A DNA stretch of 64,000 nt, from assembly GCF_009914755.1 (NCBI RefSeq), contig NC_060926.1; one strand, written 5' to 3'. The stretch is from the human T2T-CHM13v2.0 reference genome, Homo sapiens. Under the pieces are notes generated by a model. The model made no database searches, was not told where the DNA came from, and saw only the letters and a list, made by a program, of their open reading frames with translations. Positions 50,094 to 64,000 of this stretch are shown piece by piece (position 1 is the stretch's first letter; every line of letters starts with the position of its first letter). The position numbers were made by a program, and so were the translations under genes.

Positions 50094-50452
50094 CTGATAT
50101 GGTTTGGCTCTGCGTCCTCACCCAAATCTCACCTTGAATTGTAATAATCCCCAAGTGTCAAGGGCGGGACCAGATGGAGATAATTGAATCATAGGGGTGG
50201 TTTCTCTGATGCTGTTCTCCTGAGAGTGAGTGAGTTCTGATGAGATCCGACGGTTTTATAAGGGGCTTCCCTCTTCGCTCGGCTCTCATTCTCTCTCCCG
50301 CTACCCTGTGAAGAGGAGCCTTCCACCACGACTGCAAGTTTCCTGAGGCTGCCCCAGCCGTGCTGAACTGTGAGTCAGTTAAACCTCTTTTCTTTATAAA
50401 TTACCCAGTCTTGGGTATTTCTTCATAGCAGTGTGAGAGCAGATGAATACAC
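50094..50452 (+). mobile_element. MaLR LTR (THE1/MST-like)
   Basis: TGATATGGTTTGGCTCTG...CCCAAATCTCACCTTGAATTGTAAT...AAACCTCTTTTCTTTATAAATTACCCAGTC...AATACA. Confidence 0.9.
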
Positions 50453-51402
50453 TGGCCCTGCCTGGGTTTCAGAACCAGCCTTGAACCTTTCACAGTGGCC
50501 AGAGGATGGGGAGGCAGAGGCCCAGGTTGCACACTTCTTGCCTGAGTGTTGGGGACTATCTGACCCAAAACAGGTGCACAGAGGGCAGGAGAGGATGTTC
50601 CCAAAGGAAAATTAGAGTTTAGAATCAAAAGAAGGGGAAGGTGCGTGTTTGGGAGGTAAATAGCAAATACTCTTCATAGGTTCACTAGAGTCTTGCTACT
50701 CCAAGTACGATCCCTGGGCCAGCAGAATGGGCACAGCTGGAGCTGATTGGATAGGTCCCATGAGCCTCAGGCCCCACCCAGGCTCAATGAGTCAGAGTCT
50801 GCGTCTTAAGAAGACCCCCTGGTGATCTGTGCACATTCAAGCATGCTGCCGTTTTCCAAAGCACTTGCAACACTCAGGATGCTTGCACGGTCATGTTGCC
50901 ACCATCCAACCTGCAGACCCCATTCTTGAGATTGACTGGGAGTTCCTATCATGTCCTCCATAGCAAGGGGATCTAGACCAGAATCAAGCCTTGGATCTAG
51001 TTCTCAAGTCTCTTTTGTCTCTTTCAGTTTAGGAACAGTTTGTCAACTTTCCTTCACTTTTGTGACCTTGATACTTGAGTTTGAAGGCTGTCTCTCAATT
51101 TGTGTTCTGCCCAGTGCATCCTATCAGAAGGCATGTGATTTCAACTTCTCCCATACCAACAACGTTCACTTTGATCACTTGATTAAAGGGGTGTCTGCTA
51201 GGCTTCTCCACAGCCAAGTTACTATTTTCCCTCCCTTTATAATTAATAAGCATTTTGTAAGTGGGTACTTTGAAACTATGTAAATTGTAAACTTTCCATT
51301 TATGCATTTTAAAATTTTGATTGATGTAAACTTGTGAATTCCCATTGTATCCTTACAACCCTTTATTATTGTGATTAATTCTGATGCTCAGCTTGTCCCT
51401 GA

Positions 51403-51803
<401 letters not shown>

Positions 51804-52762
51804 GTGTCACAGGTTCATCTTGTATTTTCCCATCTCAGCCCTGGAATCCGATGTTTCTCCAGAGAATCTGGGTTCCTCTTAGTGGAAAATGGTATTTAGA
51901 AGCCAAGGTTTTGGTGATAAGTATGCTCTTTGCTTGTGGAACATCTCTGCTCCCAGGCTCTCTCAGTGAACAGAGTTAGGGAGTGTGTGTGTGTGTGCGC
52001 GCGCGCGCGCGCATGTGCATACATATACACCTAAGTACACATGAGTTTACTCTGATAACATCCATTTCCAATCCAGCATCACAGAGTTGATCCTAGGTTC
52101 TTCCCTCTTCTCTAATTGTGAGAAACCTGGCTTCCATTACCCTTAGGTTATTTACTCATTTGATTAACCGCCTGCAGGTAAGTAATCTCCCATCTACACT
52201 GCCACGCCTTCTCCTGTATGGACGTCCTGCCTACCCTGCTCAGGCTCTAACTCCCAAGTCCAGCTTTCCCTGAGTCTGCAGCTGTCTTCCTCACACTCCC
52301 GTGGCCCACCACAACTTCCCCCCACCTCCTTGTCACTGTGGTCCCCTAATGGCGTTAGGCCTGAATGAAGAAGGGGGAAGGATGAAGAGGACATTGGTAG
52401 CTTGCCTTAACTCCCCAGGTAATTCTAATGTGCAGTGATTGACAGCCACTAAGATACATCACCTGACTTTGTGAGTTCACCATTCGGTCTGCAATGGGTT
52501 TTGGTAACTCAGTGGCTCTGTATGCCGTGCTGAAGGGGAAAAGGGCAAAGTGCAAAGGCAGGAGGGATGGAGAAAATATAGCAGCTGCCATTTATTTGTG
52601 TTTTTCCTACAGCGGTGGTTCTCCACCCTGGTTGCCCATGCTGGAGCTTTAACAAAAGCCAATGTGGACCCATTGCCCAGAGACTCTGATCCCATGGGTC
52701 TGTTTTGTTTAAAATGCTCTTCAAGGCATTGTGAGGCCAGGAAAACAAAGAACCAAGGCTCT

Positions 52763-53370
<608 letters not shown>

Positions 53371-54299
53371 GGTAAAGGTTTTCAAATTTGCATTTTAAGC
53401 CCTCCAATTTCAAGTTATGCTATTGGTGGGGAATTTTAATTAAACAGAAAATAATCACCAATATTGGCTCAAATATTTCCTGATTTAAAAAAAAATCTGC
53501 TCTTGTTCCTATAAATAGTATATAAGATGTAATCTTGCCCTGGGTTAAACCAGTCTACAGAGGTAGATCTCGCATTTGCTTTTGTTTTCTTCTACTTCAA
53601 CTCTTGTCATGATCCCAAATTAAACAACTAGCAACAGAAATGTTCAAATCTGTCAAATCCAAGTGTTAACAGACCTGGGACCAGGGGTTCCTCATAGTGG
53701 CTTAGCACAGCATACAGACCACTTTCCTTTGGCCCAACCGGCCTTGGGGTCTGGAGCACCAAACAGGCCCTGAGGAAGCGTGCAAGGAACTGGAATGCGG
53801 GGAAAGTGATGAAATATTTTGTTGGTTGGCCTTTGCTTGTTTGCAAAATATATCCAATGCTCACACCTGAGAGACAACAGACATCCTTATTTGTGAATAG
53901 TCTGCACTAGATAATTCAGATTTCAAGTCATCTGTCATTCGTACTTGATAATGATTTGTTCTTCATTTAAAGTGGCCTGGGTACAGAGCAACATCCCCTG
54001 TCTTTATCACATGAGCTCTGCCTGAGGCAGCTTCAGCAGGTAGGCAGGCAGGCAGATGGAGCACAGCCCATTCTCTGCTGGTGCACTAGGAACAGCAGCA
54101 CGTGTGGTGTTAGCAGCTAATAATTAAAACAACGTTTAAGCAGTGGGTTGAGATTTTTAAACACAAACCAACTCAAAAACACTTCTCTGCTTTCTATGTA
54201 ATAGTGCTCACATCATTTGTATGATTGTCTCGTCTCTTTAAAATTGGAAATATTCTTGTTTCCCCAAACTGCTAATAAGCTCTACTGACCCATGCTAAA

Positions 54300-54305
54300 A
54301 ATAAA
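54300..54305 (+). terminator. Distal poly(A) signal candidate for a long ABCG8 3' UTR
   Basis: AATAAA in unique sequence just before an Alu; usage not shown by sequence alone. Confidence 0.45.
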
Positions 54306-54313
54306 GCTCTTTC

Positions 54314-55743
<1,430 letters not shown>

Positions 55744-57237
55744 CAACACGCTACTTTAGAGAACTCTCTGAGGATAGATCTCAACAGCCAACCATTGTCC
55801 AAACAACTGTGCAAGGGCAGGAAGACTGAAGCTGGTTGAACACTTTTGCTTTACCTGGACCTGATTTTTTTTTTCCTCCATGCAGAAAAGAAAAAGATAA
55901 GTGCCTATTTTTGATTTGCTAATGCAGCTTTTCTTTATTTGTACTAAGGCTGCATAATGTAGGCTTTGTAAAGTCCACGGGCCTGAAAGCACGATACATT
56001 TCTAATGGAAACACTCCCATGCATGATTGTACAACAGGAAAGCGATAAATTACCGTGATTTTGTACTCCCTGCAGCTATTAGTTCGGCCCTCCTTCAGGA
56101 ATGTTGCTTTCGGTTATAGAAATTCTACAAATATTGGTTCATCAGAAAGACAAATATTAAATGAAAATTATGCTCAAGGACATGAGAAAAAGTGTGCAGA
56201 GTACACACATTGCAGACTTGAGAAAGAAATTGTCCTCAGAACAATTTGCAATACAAAGCTTGCTTAATAATTTACTGGAACTGGTAAACTCAGCGATTAT
56301 GCCAGGCACTGGATCTTCAATTAAGTGTAAGAAAATAGGCTTACAGTGTAAGATGTCTGGAAACTGGGAGCACTTCTATTAATGTGAATGTGAGGGTTTT
56401 TTTTTTTAATTAGAATATTCTTACAGTTTCAATTCCAATTTGACTTTTAACTGACTTTAAACCGATTGCTTCCATTTCCTATTCATAGGAAGTAAATGAT
56501 TTTAGTCAGAGTCCTAGCCATGCAACTTATCAAGTTGATTCTGGGCAAATTCACTGCTGTGACCCTAGGTTTCTCACGGTGAATTCTCATTGCAAAAGGG
56601 CTGCCTGACCCATAGCAGTAGGTGCAGTGTTTAGAACGCACAGAACTGACTACAGACGGCTTGATTTACTGTGACAGGATTATGCTAGGTCTGGGGACAC
56701 ATAATGAGACCAAGAACTGGTCCCTGTGGAGTTCAGAATCTGTGTGGAAGATAGTGTGATACCTGCTCTGCTCAAGCAGCCGTGGAAGCCCTGGAAAGGG
56801 AACAATATGCTGGGTGAGGGGCCCAAGAGGCAGAGGTGACACTGACGGTATCTCAGCATTCTCGAAAAAGGGTGCAGGTGCTGAAGGCAGCCTGTCCGTG
56901 AGGTGGGTGGGCCCCAGCCATCTAGGGGGATGTAAAATGCTCTGATACAGATAGAACCTCCTTCATTTTAGGTGTCAATTTACCACACACCCAAGCTCTA
57001 CCTTCTAATTTTTGCCAACTTTATTCCACAGAAGTCTCAAATTATCTGCTTGTCCTTAAAACAGATAAGCACTGACTTTTGTCAGTTGTCTACATACAAC
57101 CTATAGGCCATTTAACAAGGAAATTCTAGCCATAACAGAGGTCCCTGCCTAAGTTTTAATTTATAATTCTAAGACTGAAGTCTTTTGAAATGGCTTAAAG
57201 CACTTGTGCAAACATTTGACAAGATAAAAATGAAGGT

Positions 57238-57540
57238 GCCAGTTGGGTGCAGGGCCTCGTGCCTGTAATCCCAACATTTTGGGAGGCCAAGGTGGGCAAA
57301 CTGCTTGAGCCCAGGAGTTCAAGACCAGCCTGGGCAACCGGACAAAACTCTGTTTCTTCAAAATACAAAAAATTAGCTGGCCGTGGTGGCATGCACCTGT
57401 AGTCTCAGTTACTTGGGAGTCTGAGGTGGGAGGATCACCTGAGACTGGGAGGTCAAGACTGCAATGAGCCGTGATCACGCCACTGCTCTACAGGCCGGGC
57501 AACAGAGTGAGACTGTTTGTTTAAAAAAGAAAAAAAAAAA
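57238..57540 (+). mobile_element. AluJ
   Basis: AluJ-like consensus with poly(A). Confidence 0.88.
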
Positions 57541-57554
57541 GCAGCAGCAGCCCA

Positions 57555-59932
57555 CAGATATTTACAGTATACTTTATTCAAAGCATTTCAGTTAAAATTA
57601 TTTTGGGTTCAAATACATGAACATATAATTATATATAAAATACTATAGTTCTCAATAGTTTACAGTGACATCTTTTTTAGAATTAGCTGCTTATAATTTG
57701 AGTGTAAATGTATTACAGAAAGCTGCTAAATTGTTTATATTTCTACTTATTTCAATTTAGCTATTAGATATTTAGAACACTCATAAGCCCACCTACAGTA
57801 TAGTTATTATACTTTAAATATTTATATTCAATAGGGGAATCAATACAATACAAAAGATATTTGAACAGCTAGTCCTTTGTAACACCCCCCCGCTGCTGCC
57901 GAGAGGGCTAGATAAGGGGGTCTTACCTATTTCCTCTGTACCACACTCACATTTTACCAGAGTCCATATACAGGGCCAGTGTGGAGTCACTTCATGCAAA
58001 TGAGATGGTACTTTCAGTTTCCCCAAAAAGATGACTGCGAAATCCAGATTACACCCCAACGTTATGCCTCACCTTGGAGACCTATTCTAATGAATGTCAA
58101 TTAGTGAATGTTGACTAACTTGTGGTTAGCATGACTGCAAAAAAATGAGGCCTGCTTCAGTGCAATCACTAAAGACAGGAGTGAGGCTCTTGGCCAGGCG
58201 TGGTGGCTCACACCTGTAATCCCAGCACTTTGGGAGGCTGAAGCGAGCGCAGGGGGAGGATCACTTGGGGCCAGGAGTTCGAGACCAACCTGGCCAACAT
58301 GGTGAAACTCCGTCTTTACCATACAAAAATTAGCTGAACATGGTGGTGCAAGCCTGTAATCTCAGCTACGTGGGAGGCTGAGGCACAAGAATCACTTGAA
58401 CCCAGGAGGCGGAGGTTGCAGTGAGCTGAGATTGCGCCACTGCACTCTGGCTTAAGCAACAGAGCAAGACTATCTCAAAAAAAAAAAAAAAAAAAAAGAT
58501 GCTTTTGGCAAACCTGTAACATGTGCAGGTCCTGCATCTGGGCAGTGCTCAAGGGAAAGCCGCACTATGTCCACTGGGCCAAGACTCAACGTTGGCCATG
58601 CCCCCTGCTTCCTTAAATCTAACGCCACAAAAAGAGTTGAAGTAAAAGCCTGGCCAATACCATGATGACATCTACTTCCTGGCTTCCCGCCATCAACCCT
58701 CCCTCACACCATCTGCGGGCAGGTAGCAGATGCAGGAGAGAGAGTTCCACAAGACAGAAGGTCAACAGCACAAGTTGCAAGAGGCCCGCCTACGTCCCCA
58801 AGGCAAGGTCTCCCCTGATGTGAACAGTGTGACCCAAGTTGGCACTGAAACTGGAACAGTAGGGAGTCACCAAATTCAAATGAACAAGGAATACCCCAAA
58901 ATGGGGAGAGTTCTCAAAACATTTTCAACATTTCGGTAATTAATTACCTCATCTCCAGTTAGGTCAATATTCCATATTATTAAGACACCTTTTATAATGG
59001 CAAACTCTCCTGACTACCTATCTTAGAATTTTTTTGAAGTCACTACTTACAGTGTAGATATTAACAGGCATGAGATTCAATATAGGGATCACTTTTATTT
59101 CAAACAATTAAATACAAACCAATATTTTACCCCTTCATAGATGAAATCACATCTTTTCAGGATATGAGTATAAAGTAACAAGCCTAGGGCAGAGCTTGTA
59201 CTGACAAAGTCCTGAAACTACAATGAGAGGAAACACATTGCTCTACTTCGGGATAAGTCATGACCGAGACTCAATTTCAGAGACGCTCTATGAACAGAGG
59301 TGCTTGAAGCCACAGTGGCAGAAGGGAAAGATGGGGAAGTGTGCCGAAGAGCCTCCAGGCATGACAGACAGTCCCCTGACCAAGCACAAGTAACAGGCCC
59401 TTTGGGTCTCTGCTTCTCACTGGAAAATGATGAAGCCTAGATCTGATGACTCCTAGTGCCAACATTTAACAAAGTTCGAAAGTTATGCAGGACTTCACAC
59501 ATGTACGGAATGGCTGTATCACAGAATATTATGCGTTAGAAAGTTCACGGTCACTATACCTAGCTCTAAAATTTTTCAGAGAAACAGCAGACTAATAAGT
59601 GAATCTTAAATAAAGGAATAACATTTTAATGAAATAAATGAAACAGAGCAGGGAAACCAAAGAGCCAATTAGGGGAAGAATCCTGAAAAAGTATGGCTTC
59701 ACACAGCAGCAGCATTGAAGAAAACACTATCGATTTTTCCCAGAGAAAAAAACTCCAAAAATGTCCAATAACCAAGTGCACAGAGTTATGGTCAATAAGA
59801 CTTTGAACATGCATCACACATACATAAGTACATAAAGAAAATTTTCATTTATTTTTCCCTCAGATATACTTCAAAATAACATGTAGACACAGAATCACAA
59901 ATATATACAAAACAAAGTATCGCCTGGTTATT
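57555..59932 (-). other. LRPPRC: LRPPRC 3' UTR with tandem poly(A) signals
   Basis: Minus-strand AATAAA (TTTATT on plus) at 59848-59853, 59094-59099 and 57573-57578; the 3' end is approximate. Confidence 0.75.
58192..58497 (+). mobile_element. Alu within the long LRPPRC 3' UTR (antisense in the mRNA)
   Basis: Alu consensus with poly(A). Confidence 0.9.
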
Positions 59933-59989
59933 TCAAGAAGAGTTTTCCCTCAATTTTCTTAGCTGCTGTGCATAAAATTCAAAGCTTTC
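59933..59989 (-). CDS. LRPPRC: LRPPRC last coding exon, 57 nt including TGA
   Basis: ESFEFYAQQLRKLRENSS*, in frame with the previous exon; matches the LRPPRC C-terminus. Confidence 0.95.
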   Translation of the reverse strand, partial: ESFEFYAQQLRKLRENSS

Positions 59990-60368
59990 CTGTTAAGGAG
60001 AAAAAAAGAGGGAAGTTAGAGATACCAGCAAGAGGTGATGGTACATAACTTAAAAAATCATAAAACACTACCAACTGGTAGCTAAGACTGCCAGGCCCAT
60101 GGAAGATGCTGCCCCTCAAGCTTCAGTACTCCTTCCTTGTTTCATGAAATCACAAGTTCAAGGGCCTCGGGTTCAGAGTTAAAGCTAGCAGCAGGAGGTA
60201 GGGTGCGTGTGTGTATACGTGTGTATGTGCAAGCATGTGTGTGTGCACATATGGAGGTATGGGTATGGAAGGCTGAGGTGTTTGAAATAAACACGGTGTA
60301 TTGACTCAGTTCAATGACATAACAAAAAGGAATTGTGCATATGTGATTTCTCTTATTAAAGAAAACAT

Positions 60369-60761
<393 letters not shown>

Positions 60762-61056
60762 CTACAGGCCATTAAATCCTATTTCAAGTTGAAATGAGAG
60801 AACTGCCCCAAGGACATTTGGTAAATCCATGCCTATAGCTGAAGGTCTGAGACAGACCTTGTATTTTAAACTGTGGCCCCAGAGAGCTATGTTCTCCGAC
60901 TGCCGCAGCCAAGGCATGCTGCTCAGTCCCTCAAGCCATCCCCTGAGGGCTCTTCACAGAGATCTAATCCTCATGTAATTAAGTCTTCAACTTATTTTCT
61001 TACACATTGTTATGAAGTGCACATAAATCTGCAGAGGTATTTTTTCCCCTTAATTA

Positions 61057-61233
<177 letters not shown>

Positions 61234-61766
61234 TTAATCAGAGATAAAGACAACCTATCTTACTCTTTTCACCAAAACAGCCACTCAGGGACGGCTGGAT
61301 CCCTTTATCCCACGGCAAATGAACACTTAACTACTTTCAGTAAGAAGCCACATTCAGAATCTACCATCTCCCTCACTTCTCTACATCCCTCATTCGGCAT
61401 CACTCACTTTGAAGGAGAAGAAAATGACAAATATGGCTACATTTAAAGGACTTTAGAATAATATTGATACCATTCACTTAGGTTATTACATTATTTAAGA
61501 CCTATGATAGTTCAAGTGACCACAAACTGAAGTCCTCAGTTATAAAATAATACACACCATTCAATCCCCTTTGGCTTAAAACCACTGTGAAATCAAGATA
61601 ATCCAGGAACTGTTGTGGAGAGGGACATGTCAATTATGTAGAAATCTACATCAACATCAAGATCATCAGCTCAACATCAAAAAAGCTTTTCATTTTTCTA
61701 TTGTAAAATAAACAAATATGGAAAGTATAGTTAGCTACAATGATACACACACACAAAAAACCTATA

Positions 61767-62066
<300 letters not shown>

Positions 62067-62657
62067 AAACCTATAAGGAGACATTAACAAGTTACACTAG
62101 TTTCACTTAAGTGAATGATGAAATATGTTAGGAGCCAAATTTGGCTGGCTCTCTACTTGTGGCTGATTTGTGGAAATTTTTTAGTTTACCATGGAGATGG
62201 TAAGGGCTCTGCTAACAATTACTGCTGGTAATTCAACTCCTTAATTTTGCATTAGATTGTTAGCATCTAAGCATCACATAAACCCCTGCCCTACACTGAC
62301 TCTGATATTGTCAACCGCAACTCCGGCAGCACCAGGGGAACCCCTAAGACAGAGGTGAGACGTTCAGCAATCAAAGAGTCTCCCAAAGTGGAATGAGGGT
62401 GACTCATCAGCTCTTAGTGGAGTTGGAACACATCTTTGCTGTTTCCATGAAGTCAACTTCTTGTGTAAATCCTTTATTTCCCTTCCTGAGGAGCTGAACC
62501 CTTTAAGGGCTCAAGCTCTATCTTCTAGGAAGCTGCTCCGAAAATTCTGGCATCTTGCCTTTCTTTACTTCTTGATTTTCTACCTTCCTCCCAAAATGGA
62601 TTACCTAATTTAGTAGTAACACACACAGATTTATGCGCTTGACACTATTTCACATTA

Positions 62658-64000
62658 CAGGCATACCTTGGCTTTAATGCACTTTACAGATGTTGCGTTA
62701 TTTACAAATTGAAGGTTTATGGTAACCCTGCCTTGGGCAAGTCTATCAATGCCATTTTTCCAACAATATGTGCTTACTTTGTGTCTCTGTGTCACATTTT
62801 GGTAATTCCTGGAATATTTCAACCTTTTTCATTATTGTTATATCTGTTACGGTGATCTGTGACCAGTGATCTTTGATGTTACTATTGTAATTGGGGGATG
62901 CTATGAACCATACACATGGAAGATGGCAAACTTGAGAAACGTGTTCTGACTGCGATGCTGACTAGTAATTCTCCTGTCTTCCTCTACTCAGGCCTCCCTA
63001 TTCTGAGACACAACAATATTGAAATTAGGCCAATTAAAAACCCTATTATAGCCTCTAAGTGTTCAAGTGAAAGAGTCATACATCTCTCATTTAAATCAGA
63101 AGCGAGAAATGAAATGATTAAGCTTAGCTTAGTGAGGAAGGCATGTCAAAAGCCGAGATACGCTGAAAGCTAGGCTTCTTGCGTGGAACAGCCAGTTGTG
63201 AATGCAAAGGAAAAGTCCTTGAAGGAAATTAAAAAGGTGCTACTTCACTGAACACACAAATGATAAGAAACTGACACAGCCTTACTAGTGACATGGAGAA
63301 AGTTTTATTGGTCCGGATAGAAGATCAAACCAGCCACAACATTCCCTTAAAAGCCAAAGCCTAATCCAGTGCAAGGCCCTAATACTAGCAGAGGCTGGTT
63401 CATGAGGTTTAAGGAAAGAAGCCATCTCCATGACACGAAAGTCCAAGGTGAAGCAGCAAATGCTGATGCAGAAGCTACGGCAGGTTATCCAGAAAATCTA
63501 GCTAAGACCACTGATGAAGGCGGCTACACTAAACAACAGATACTCCATGTAGATAAAACAGTCTTATATTAGAAGATGTCATCAAAGATTTCATAGCTAG
63601 AGAGGAAAAGCTAATGCCTAGCTTCAAAGGACAGGCTGACTCTATTTTCAATGGCTAATGCAGCTGGTGACTTTATGTTGATGCCAATGCTCACTTACCA
63701 TTCCCAAATCCTAGGGCCCTTAAGAATTACGCTAAATTTATTCTGCCTGTGTTCTATAAATGGAACAACAAAGCCTAGAGGACAGCATGGATGTTTATAC
63801 ATGGTTCACTGAGTATTTAAAGCCTGCTGTAGAGACCTACTGCTCAGGAAAAAAAAGATTCCTTTCAAAATATTACTGCTCAGTGATAATGCACCTGGTC
63901 ACCCAAGAGCTCTGAAGGAGATATACAGGGAGATTAATGTTGTTCTCAGGTGCCCTAATAAAACATCCATTCTGCAGCCCATAGATCAAGGAGTAATCTT
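62658..64000 (+). mobile_element. Tigger1 DNA transposon fossil (runs off the right edge)
   Basis: TA + CAGGCATACCT terminus; decayed transposase fragment [25 protein letters not shown]...[16 protein letters not shown]. Confidence 0.9.

Noticed and set aside
62916-63572. Transposase-like ORFs
   Set aside because: Decayed Tigger1 with frameshifts and stops; not a domesticated gene.

Overview
This is human genomic DNA, recognisable as the chr2p21 sterolin locus. It holds ABCG5 exons 1-4 (minus strand; the gene continues off the left edge) and the 374-bp bidirectional ABCG5/ABCG8 promoter. It also holds all 13 coding exons of ABCG8 (plus strand; exon lengths sum to 2022 nt = 673 aa + stop) and the last two exons plus 3' UTR of LRPPRC (minus strand, convergent with ABCG8). 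The rest is Alu, MIR, L2, MaLR LTR, hAT and Tigger1 debris. There is no CRISPR array, RNA gene or prokaryotic system. The genes themselves are well known, so the unusual content is non-coding. (1) ABCG8 intron 6 contains a ~15-kb satellite-like array of 20/24-bp units, each built from two overlapping palindromes and carrying GATA sites and a branch-point/AG mimic. It has internal higher-order duplications, a fold-back scar and an L1PA2-like insertion. (2) ABCG8 intron 11 has a well-formed, in-frame 60-nt candidate cassette exon directly upstream of a G-rich 20-bp VNTR. (3) Two in-frame candidate upstream ABCG8 exons lie inside ABCG5, one in the CpG island and one in a MER5A fossil. (4) There are candidate LXR (DR4) and hepatocyte enhancer motifs. 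All functional claims about these are hypotheses. Repeat subfamily calls and repeat boundaries are by eye and approximate.
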